A stretch of 64,000 nucleotides of DNA. Source: Tubulanus polymorphus. Taxonomy: Eukaryota > Animalia > Nemertea. A model generated the notes under the pieces. The model was not told the origin of the DNA, did not search any database, and worked only from the letters and a program-made list of their open reading frames with translations. Shown here in pieces: positions 54,401 to 64,000 of the stretch. Both the position numbers and the translations under genes were made by a program. Position 1 is the first letter of the stretch; each line of letters opens with the position of its first letter. The stretch lies in the NCBI RefSeq assembly GCF_964204645.1, contig NC_134028.1, positions 5,580,001 through 5,644,000 on the forward strand, given 5' to 3'.

Positions 54401-57400
54401 TAAATTTCAAATTCTACAAGCAGAATTTCTCAGTGAAACCACCAAAGCTAACATCAGGGTGATGAGTAAGACTTTTGTTGTGCTGCTTGTAAACTTTCGA
54501 GAAACCAGGTTTTGCTTGCGGTGGATTTTCAACGAATATAACAAAAACTATCGTTTTTCAAAGGGATCTGGATTTTTGCTATATTGCGGTATCTGAAGGG
54601 AATAACGATTCTAAGATAAATTGTTTCAAAATTTTTCAAATCTTTCACCATAAAAATAGAGACTCGTTCAGGCCCATTGGAGTGCACATGGACACAAGCT
54701 TCGGCGTTTTGATGGAATCGCGATAGAGGTCGAGAAGATACACAAGATGAATACGTGGGAAATCCCATAATAATTTCAGCAAAAGACGAAAATTCTTGTA
54801 GTAAATGAGTAAATATATTTCGAGCAAGGTTTCGGCTCATAGCTATCATCAGGCATCCTGAGGAGGAAATATCGCGTAGAATTACCACACTATGACGTGG
54901 AGAACAGATAATAAGTTTTACACCCACGTCGCGTATTTAGATTTCAATTCATGATATATAAAATTCGACTTTACTCTTTTAAGTTCGACATGTAGTGGAT
55001 TTTAAACTTATCAAATATCGTGTAATTCTATTCTATATCGGTATGCCTGATGATGGCTAGAATTATTGTGGGATTCCATTAGGTATAGAATCGAAATATT
55101 TTTTTCAAGTTTCTAAGTTATCAAAATGGTGTTTGTGGGCTGCATATATATTCATATCATACATACATATCTACATAATTGTAATGGCCTACAAGGTTAT
55201 TGACTTGGTTCGCACGCAGCGATGCAGAAGGACAGAGTATATCAAAGATACAGTGGGGGGAAATCGAAGAGAAATTGTAACGATGTGGCTCAGATAATAA
55301 CAGTCAGGTATATGGAGATTATCGGTTAAGTAATTAGTGATCCAGAAAGAGAAAGTAGGGATGATAAATATGATTTGTCTGGGTCTCTTTGATGTAGGAA
55401 ATTCGATCAGTGTTTGATCGACGTATGCGATGCACTGTTTATGTAGACGGATCACCTTGATTTGAATATATATGTATACGTATATATGATTAATACATAT
55501 ATCTATCTACATATATCCGGGAGTACGAAACATTGCTGCACCCAAAATGTAGATTCGAGCTCATTACCTCAGTAACAGGTCTTATAACTTTGAATATTAT
55601 AACGGTCTAAAATTCGAACATTTACATGTGATGTGCACTACGTCATCACTTTTGGCGTTTTAAAATAACAATTACAATTGTAAATTTATATATTAGCGTT
55701 TGTTCTATTATCTAATAAGTTTCACGACTTATTTTCTATTCAATGAAGAATTTTCAAAAGATTTTTGATAATGATTTTTGAGTGGATGTGCACTACATCA
55801 TCAATATTGAGGCTAGACTGGTTGCCGGTCAATTAGAATCATTGTCGATATATTCAAATGCAAAATAACTTTATTGGTCCTTAGAAACACATCATATCAT
55901 TAATGACAGTATTTAGCGATGTGTGTTATTATCAAGACGTCCGTAGACTTTCAAGTTAGTTTTCTTGTCGTATTTTTCGAACGATAGAATGAGACTTTTA
56001 ATTAGCACAACATAAAAGCAAGCAACATGTTTATTTTGAGGCAGTGTTATACAGCGTTATTTTCTCTTTCTCGTCTGTGTATATTTGTTTTAGAGCTGCT
56101 CGCAAACTCCGCCGCTTCTTCTCTCAATTCTCTTTGTCCCCAATGTTATTTGTTTTACCGTTCTAGGTGTGTTTGCCGTTTGAAGGCTGTCTGGCATTTT
56201 CTGGCAGTGTTGCCGCCGGTGTACTGACGGGCATAAACGAATGCAAATACCAATTCAAATGGGAGAAATGGAATTGTTCTGTGAGCGCGTTTGATATATT
56301 CAAAGATCAAAATCTTTCTCCGTGTAAGTTTTTGGTTGCAGGTTTGTCGAAATTCTTAAATTGAAAATCTATTCATTCGCAAAACAGAATGTTACAAAAT
56401 ATGCATCACATCGATTAGAAATAAATACAAACTGCTGTCACTTCGTCCTTTCAGTTCACTGTCAATAAGTAAAAAAAGATGTCATTTGCAGTGAATTTAT
56501 CTTAAATCAAAAGATGCTACAAAATGCAGATACATAAAAATGATATAAGATATACAGTCGTATACATTTCATCATATAAAGTTAAATAATCGAATTAATT
56601 ATGAACAGGAATAAACTGACAATAAAAACTGATGAAGTAAAACATAAGTTCTACACAAACAGAAATTCTGTTATTTCGACCGTCAATCACGCAACTATAT
56701 CTGTACTTCGATTTCCGATTTTAAAATCAAGCCCCCTTTTTCGCTCCCGGCAGGTGTGGTGGGTTTGTAAGAGACACACAATCAAAACAAATCAAACGAA
56801 ACCTACCAATTAAATGGATAATAGGGTCAATCCCTATCTAAAGATTCTTGAAAAACCAAAAACAAAGATTGATCCTGATTTCTTTATCAAGTTTTAGGAT
56901 GAATAATATGTATATAGAGATTGTACACAGTTCATGATATATGAAATGTAAAACGTGTGTGTCAATCTGACTTCTGTTATCATATTTTCTTCGATGATGG
57001 AAGAATTGTGTAATTTGTATTTTTTAGCCAGCCGTGAAACAAGTTTTATCTACGCTATAAGTTCGGCGGGAGTCATGTTCACGTTGACGAGAAATTGTAG
57101 TTTAGGAGAGATTGATAAATGCGGTTGTGACGATACTAGAAAAAAAGGCAAGCGAGGTGCGAATTCGTAATCCTCATTCATGTCGGTCTCTTAGAGATCA
57201 TAGTCGTAAGAGTAAAGTTGGTGGTTTTTTATTCATAAAAAGACGTCGAAAATTCGTATTTTTCGGTGTTTTCCACCTATTGAATTTCATTCCTAGGGCA
57301 CAAAGACTGGAAATGGGATGGATGCAGCGATAATGTTCAGTTTGGCGAAAGAATTGCTAAGTTAGTGATCGATTCTACGGAGAATGGTAAAGACACTCGC

Positions 57401-58842
57401 GCTATGGTTAATTTGCATAATAACAACGCCGGTAGACAGGTACGTTCTCGAATATGTAGGATTGATTATGTAGGCAGCACTCAAACTCTAACCGACGAGA
57501 CTAGTGAAAACAGGCTAACATTTAAGATAGCTTAAGACTTACAGCTCAGAAATCGGACTAGTTCTACGTCCGCCATCGGGTCTATAAATGAAATAGGCTC
57601 ATCTTAATACCAGTCATAAGTTGTTAGTTCGTGTGGTTCAAATGAGCTTAGATGAACATCATAGGCGCGGATCCAAGGCCATTCAGTGACTACAGCGTCA
57701 GCACAGTGAAAAAAGGGCACCAACTTTGAAAAGGGCCAGTATTAATGCCCAGCGAGTGAGTTTGAGTGCCATTTATTGGTATAATGCCACTGAATTTGCC
57801 TTCATATTCAATTTGCTTGTGCCTTTTTTAGATTTTTTGCGAAATTTGCCCTTTTTCGATTTAATCTATAGAGCAACAATAATGTCTCTTTTAGAATAGT
57901 GCCCTTTTGAGTAAAGGAAAATGACTTAACTTGTCTTGATTTGGGGCAATTAATTTTCATTCACATTTTGCTTTAGTCCTAGTACAGAAAGGCATTATGG
58001 GGCACAAATTGTGTGCCCTTTTATTTACTCTTTTCCCAAAACAAAAAATTTTCAAGGGTATATGAAAACTGCGACTACCGCATGTGCTGCATGTGCGATA
58101 GTCTGGATCCGCGCCTGCGACAAGGCCTACCAGATTTGGCCTATGAAAAGAGATTAATATTCAATTATAAAATTACATGTATGGAAGCCCCCGGTGCTCG
58201 AACCAATGCGACTATTATTCTTTCCAACTTTAATCCGTGTGGTTATGATTTTAGGCGGTGATTAAGAAGATGAAATTGACGTGTAAATGCCACGGTGTTT
58301 CTGGAAGCTGTACCACGAAGACCTGTATACGACAGCTTTCGGATTTTAGGACCGTCGGGGATTACTTAAAGCGAAAATATCGCCGGGCAAAACGCATCGA
58401 TCTGCAAGGCGGCGAATTGAACCAGGGAAACTTGGCGCGGCACATCGCTCATTCCGGAGTGAAAGATACCGACATGTTGTATTTGGAAGATTCTCCGGAT
58501 TACTGTATGGCGAACAATACCGCCGGCACATACGGTACGTTAGGCCGCGAATGCGTGCGCCCGAGCAAAAAGAAAGGTAAACGCAATCTGACGACCGCCG
58601 AGAAACGGTCGTGTAAAGTACTGTGTCGCGACTGCGGCCTGACCGTGAAAAAGAGCGTCGTGCCCGTCGAGTCGAAATGCAACTGTAAATTTCACTGGTG
58701 TTGCGAGGTCACGTGTAAAACGTGTCGCATGAAAGCTACGAAATACATCTGCACCGTGAAATCGAACGGCAAAACGAAGAAGCCGAAGAAATCGTCGAAA
58801 AGTAAAAAAAAGAACGCGAAAAAGGCTGCCGGTAAAACGTAA
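51448..58842 (+). CDS. Wnt8: Wnt ligand of the Wnt8 subfamily; exons 51448-51518, 51920-51950, 56167-56323, 57028-57156, 57297-57439, 58255-58842
   Basis: Signal peptide, then the short Wnt8-type N-terminus [11 protein letters not shown]. Wnt8-like motifs [24 protein letters not shown] and [25 protein letters not shown], plus [10 protein letters not shown] and [13 protein letters not shown]. Confidence 0.9.
54825..54856 (-). ncRNA. Degenerate Penelope-type hammerhead motif in Wnt8 intron 2
   Basis: Minus strand reads ATGC-CTGATGA-T-AGCT-ATG-AGCC-GAAAC-CTT. A partial inverted copy, ATGCCTGATGATGGCTA, lies at 55043-55059. Confidence 0.4.
56675..56850 (+). mobile_element. Short dispersed repeat, copy 3 of 4 (Wnt8 intron)
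   Basis: Same core as the other copies, followed by an (AATCA/AAAC)-rich tract and the hairpin ATAGGG-TCAAT-CCCTAT. Confidence 0.8.
57663..58116. mobile_element. MITE in the last intron of Wnt8
   Basis: Perfect 13-bp terminal inverted repeats AGGCGCGGATCCA and TGGATCCGCGCCT. Confidence 0.7.
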
Positions 58843-60899
58843 TTGTCGTGCGCGCTAATGGACGAACTCAAATGAACCCAAAAAACGTGCGATGAAAAAA
58901 TACTTGTATTTTGCGAATTGGTGAATATTGTGGATCATGGATTTGTGTATAATAATCTAGTGTCTCAAAGTGGACACAACAATAACGATGTTATTATTTA
59001 TTGTATCTCTGCGTATCGGAATATTGTGTCGAATTGTTTCTTTAAGAAAAAAAAACGACTGTCAGACATGATACCGTATTTCTGCGATCACCGTGTATAT
59101 GTATATTCTGGCGATTTGGTACTGTAACTGCTAAAATCGATCCTATATATTTTGTTACTTCAATTCGGCGTTGATTTTGGACTGTTGTCGGAAACGTCAC
59201 GAGGATCGGTTTGACGAGGCACCGCCGCCGCCGCCGCCACCGCTGTCGCGAATGCTGTAGAATCTAAAACTTTTAACCTCGAATAAACTTGAAGAATAAT
59301 CTTGACTCGTGAGTTGTTTTGTATCTTCCAGATCGGGAATTAACATTCCGCAATAAATAATCTATACATAGTAACTCCGCTTTCAGCCTACAAAAACAAA
59401 TTGCCGAATTTTTTTCTCATTCCGCATGTCGGCAAGGGCGTATGTTTAGGTTACCATGGTAACGTATCCGTCGAAAAATGTCTGGCACAAACGTCGAATG
59501 AAAATGTGTAGGTTATCAATTAGAAAATGAAATTGCCAGATACGAAGTCACCGAACGGGATTTTTATTGGTGCTGAGCTGCGTGTTTTTTTTTTTTTCAA
59601 ATGTATCCGAGGAAAAAGGAATTTTCGTAATATCGTAAAATGACGCCAAAAATGACATCCTGCGGCCATATTTAGGTAAAAGATTAAATTTAAGAAAGGT
59701 TCAAGAATTTGCATGTTTACCTTATGAAACTTAACCTAAAATCAATATGGCATCTTGCCATTTAAACAGGCCGACAAAATGGTGATATACATGATCTTGT
59801 CTGAGGATACTATGGGAACTATTATGACGCATACGAAGCAACAAAAGTTTCAATAACGCCCCGATTTTAGCCCCCATTTGCCCAGGTGGGAGTTTCGAAT
59901 TGGAGGTATCTCAGAATCCGAATAAAAGAAAGATGAAAATGAAAAATAAAAACATATTCAATAATGTATTTTCGTATACCATTTATTTCTAGAATTTCAG
60001 TAACATTGAGCCGTTGTTGTCACGTCACTGTCTATATTGATGCCGATAGATTGATGTCTGACCTTTCGCAGAATAACCAATAAGTCATGAGTCAAATTGT
60101 GGTTTTGAATTTTCTTGAATCAGAGGGAATTCCCCAAGGCTTTTTATAGATGACGATAATTGCATGTGTAAAGGTCATGGTTTGATAAATTACCTTAATT
60201 ACGCCGTCAATGCGCATCTTTATTCCAGGTTACATCGTAAACAGACCTTGCTTTATAGCATAGCTGCGAGTACGGCGGGCTAATAATCTTAACGCGGGAA
60301 TGTTATCCAACAAATGAAGCAAAAATTAGCCACTTTTTAACGATTCGGTCGAGACGTTTGAACCTGAATATTTTTACGTGGGAAGGAATTCGATTCGCCC
60401 GAGGTAAACCAGTGCTGGTTGTGACGATTGAATTACAATTATATAGTTGTTTCCATGAATAAATAATGGACTTAATATTGCTCATATATACGTGGATTGT
60501 GATTTATTGACTCAGAGACAAACAACGTTTGAAGATAAATATAAATCAAGATCGACACAGGCGCAGACAGACGACAGTCGGCCTTCATTCAGCGGAAGCG
60601 ACACAACGCTACATAAAACGGCTATTGTCATTTGAGAACCTATATGCATTTCTCGCGTACCGCATCTGTGTCATATTATCTTGAGCAGACGACTTGGATG
60701 TAAAATACATCGTAGATGAGCTAACTGACTGACACACATTTTGGACCGAGAATTTTTACGCGCTTGTGTTTGCGGAAACAGTTTGGTTTACGAACGAGTA
60801 AACGCCTGACAAATATTTATTTCATAACCGTGAATTAAACATTGCGAACGGGTCGCGTTGTGTTTAAAAAGAGTTCGTGCGATAGTAATATTCTACGTG

Positions 60900-60940
60900 T
60901 ATATAAAAACCGGCTGACTTAGTGTGCGTGTAGTCAGTGG
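60900..60940 (+). promoter_or_regulatory. TATA box and initiator-like element of the chorismate-mutase-like gene
   Basis: TATATAAAAA at 60900-60909, TCAGT about 30 bp downstream, and an ATG at 60981. Confidence 0.55.
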
Positions 60941-60980
60941 ATGACAAGCCCCGGCGACAGTAAGGTCACAGATCTGAAAC

Positions 60981-63059
60981 ATGGTTACATCGGTTCTACT
61001 CGGTTTGATGCTGACTTGTTGTTTGTGGAATTTCGTTGATGCTGGTTGTCGGTAAGTTACTCCCATGGGCCCAGTTCCACAATCGAAACGAAGAAGATAC
61101 CACACTAGATCAAGACTCTTATGAATAATTTGTTGACTTTGTAGCAACGAGGGGCTTAGAATCCAATTCTATTTCTTCATGATAACTTGTTTTGGCGTCA
61201 GAGATTTGTTACATTTTTTCATGAATTCAATCGCTTTTCATATATGGACATCCTGGTTTCTAACCCGCACGCGAAAACCGGTGAAATTTTCGCCTTCCTC
61301 CCTGAAATGGCATTGAAATTTTGTACAATAGACACGAAACTACCCACATTTAAATAGAAATCCAACAGGATGTATAATTGCACAAAGAATCTACTATACC
61401 GGCTATTAAACGACCGAATCTATATATGTATTTGCACCTATATATTAAATATATCGGACTGCGCACATTATTGGATGTTTGTTGTACTGTGCGTCTCATA
61501 ATTTATGCCTTATCAAAACCTAATATTTGTTCATGATTTTATCTGCTACCATTTATATATCCGATAAGACCCAACAACATCCAATCCGTATACGTGTAAC
61601 ACAGTTTTTTCAATATTGCGACAGCAATTGGATCCCGTTTTTTTACAGTTATGAGTTAAGCTTCGAATTGATCAGTTCATTTTATATAATCAGAAACTTC
61701 AAATTTAAATTTCGTGGTCGAGTGAGGGTATGTAACAGTATCGCACACAATTAATGTTTTCAAGCTAGATGTATCTCATATATGTAATTGCATCGTATGG
61801 GGTGGATTGATATCTGATACGAAATTGATTTTATATTTGATGAATACAGATTAAGTAGCAAAACATTGACGATCACGTTATTATATCCAACGGCACGACA
61901 TCTGAATTTCATGGGACGCCACAGTGGTCATTTCACCGTAGACACAAGCGCAACCAAATCCACTGTCACGAGATGCTACACATTAGGTTATATATAATAA
62001 GGCGAACTCGTTACATAGACGTGTCTATCCTGTCGTGATCAAATTTGATAAGACATTCGAAAATCTATCAATCACCAAGTTCACTGTAAATTCGACAGCC
62101 GATCACACAACTATATCTGTAGGCGCTACTTCGATTTCCGATTTCAAAATCAAACCCCCCTGTTTCGCTCCCGGCAGGTGTGGTGGCTATGTAAGGGACA
62201 CCGAATCAAACCAAAACAAATCAAACTAAATCTATCTATCAAATAAGTAACAGGGTAATCCATATTTTAAGATTTCAAAATTAACATCCGACGTTTAAAG
62301 ATGGTTTGGCCATTGATTGACAATTGAGTGTTGCGGTCTCGTCTGTCCAAGGGATGTTGATGATTTATCCATACATTCCTAGAGGGAAACTATGCATATC
62401 TATCTTTCAATACTTTTTCCAGTTCTGACTGCGGTATCGACGACGCGAATCTAGATTGTTGGCGGGATAATATAGACTTCTATTCGAACGCGATTCTGCA
62501 GTCTGTCAACCAGCGAGGAATCGTAGCTAATCACATCGGAGAATGGAAAAGAAAGCGAAATATGGCCATATACGACCCGGTCAGAGCGGCGGCGGTTATT
62601 GAAAAAATAGCGGATAAAAACCCTGGACCTATGCCCGATAGCGCTATAAAAGTCATATTTACTGATATAGTCAACGAGGTACGTATTGCGCTGAAAACAA
62701 ACGTAATTATTTCTATTCAGATAAGCTTTTATTGAGTAGTGCTGACGTCAGCATTCATGACAGCATCGTGCGTAACGGTTCTAATCTTATCGTTTCAGAC
62801 GACAGTTTACGAGCAGAACTACCACGCCAAACCGCCCAAGTTCGTTTGTCCGGATAAAACATCGTGTGAATCGAATACGGCAGCTGCCGCGGTTGGAATG
62901 CAAGAATCTCAAAGACTTTTCAAAGTCGTCATTATTCTACAGAGTATTATTCTAATAGCCCAATTTCTAGCGTTAGGCATCATGGGTTATTATCTGTACA
63001 AAGAACGTCGCAACAGGCAACGAGCACCGGAAGATAGTGAACTGAGGCCGTACAAATAA
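60981..63059 (+). CDS. Type I membrane protein with an AroQ (type II) chorismate-mutase-like ectodomain; core exons 60981-61051, 62423-62678, 62799-63059; possible extra exons 61649-61727 and 61859-61986
   Basis: Signal peptide MVTSVLLGLMLTCCLWNFVDA|GC. Domain LDCWRDNIDFYSNAILQSVNQRGIVANHIGEWKRKRNMAIYDPVRAAAVIEKIADKNPGPMPDSAIKVIFTDIVNE|TTVYEQ. TM helix VVIILQSIILIAQFLALGIMGYYLY followed by KERR. Introns are GT-AG and phase-compatible. AATAAA at 63121. Confidence 0.8.
62091..62275 (+). mobile_element. Short dispersed repeat, copy 4 of 4, inside an intron of the chorismate-mutase-like gene
   Basis: Same core as the copies at 17.2, 26.0 and 56.7 kb. Confidence 0.8.
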
Positions 63060-63628
63060 TGTCAAGGTCACATTTCGGCCGGCAATAATTGAAAAAGACA
63101 ACAAAACGGGAAACCTTTTGAATAAAATGCTACCTCTTTGTCTGCTAGAAATTTGATATGATATTTTCAACATTATTTTGGTTGTTATATAAATCAACAA
63201 ACGATATTCTAAGATATTTTCAATAATACCGTTAGAAAAAAATCTATAGAAATTTATGACAAAAGAAACGACTGTATGATAAGATTAACGGCAAATTTAT
63301 ATAGCATGTATTTTCACATTTACAAAATGTATGTAATTTCAATCTGTAATATTGAAACACAATGTAAATATTTATAGATATATACACATACAATAAGTGA
63401 TGTAAACATTTATTTGTTATGTAAAGCTTATATTCATATGTTGATGTTTCAATGGAAAACAAGCGATATTTTGTAAAAAATAAAACATTTAGATTCCATA
63501 ATATTCAATAATGAAGTTGACAGTCGATTTTGATTCAGGAAAGATGTGAAAATCATATGGAATGATCTTTGAAATCCCATTTCTCGTCGTTTTTCTGGAT
63601 TTCAACATTCCTCTTGTCTGCTGGCCAT

Positions 63629-64000
63629 TCACAGCTCGCCCCGTCGGCTATCCGCCACTTTACTGGTCAAGACAGCGTATTCAATAAATTGTTGCAGTGT
63701 GCGCAAATCAGCTTCCATGTAGCTATTCCGTTGCGCATCTTTTGCAATGATAGTACGAAATATCTCAGCCAGACCTCGAAATCTGACAACGAAGCTTGTG
63801 ACGTCACTCATATGCAGACTAATAACTACGGAATCGTCATTTTCCAGAACAAGGCCTCCGGCAAATAGGAAACCTTGCATCTTTGACTGCGATTTATTTT
63901 TAGAAGCCCTTTCGATGAATTTCGAGTTAACGTTTAATGGCGCGCTTGTATACACGATGTGAAAATAATCGGCTCGCATGATAACTAAATGAGCGGCATG
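63629..64000 (-). CDS. 3' end of an unidentified gene, open to the window edge; possibly a beta-propeller glycosyltransferase/glycosidase-like C-terminus
   Basis: Uninterrupted frame of at least 123 codons: HAAHLVIMRADYFHIVYTSAPL...FLFAGGLVLENDDSVVISLHMSDVTSFVVRFRGL...*. An AT-rich 3' UTR follows. Confidence 0.6.
   Translation of the reverse strand, partial: HAAHLVIMRADYFHIVYTSAPLNVNSKFIERASKNKSQSKMQGFLFAGGLVLENDDSVVISLHMSDVTSFVVRFRGLAEIFRTIIAKDAQRNSYMEADLRTLQQFIEYAVLTSKVADSRRGEL

Noticed and set aside
61911-61998. ATG at 61911 (MGRHSGHF...) as the start of the chorismate-mutase-like gene
   Set aside because: That frame ends in phase 1 at the donor and would read the next exon out of frame into a stop codon.
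62423-62678. Bacterial contamination as the source of the chorismate mutase domain
   Set aside because: The domain is interrupted by a spliceosomal intron, is fused to eukaryote-style signal and TM exons, matches local base composition and flanks a host repeat. Read-level confirmation is still desirable.

Overview
Compact, intron-rich, AT-rich animal genomic DNA. It is probably a marine spiralian invertebrate, but the species cannot be determined from sequence alone. It is not prokaryotic, so most entries in the ORF track are single exons or noise. Genes assembled by hand from GT-AG exons, in order: the last exon of a Cys-rich prohormone-like precursor (+), a 3-exon coiled-coil gene (-), VPS35L (-), a repeat-rich gene-poor stretch (about 19.2-30.8 kb), a small ankyrin gene (-), an ankyrin/SOCS-box gene (+), a clip-like-domain serine protease (-), NTHL1 (-) head-to-head with PRPF31 (+), MPC2 (-), a second serine protease (+), Wnt8 (+), a chorismate-mutase-like gene (+) and the 3' end of an unidentified gene (-). 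The standout is 60981-63059: a spliced gene with a TATA box that encodes a signal peptide, an AroQ (type II) chorismate-mutase-like domain and a C-terminal transmembrane helix. Animals lack the shikimate pathway, so this looks like a bacteria-derived enzyme fold domesticated as a cell-surface protein. Mobile-DNA features include Penelope-type minimal hammerhead ribozyme motifs, a tRNA-derived tandem array, inverted LINE tails, several MITEs and minisatellites. All family assignments come from motif recognition; no database search was run.
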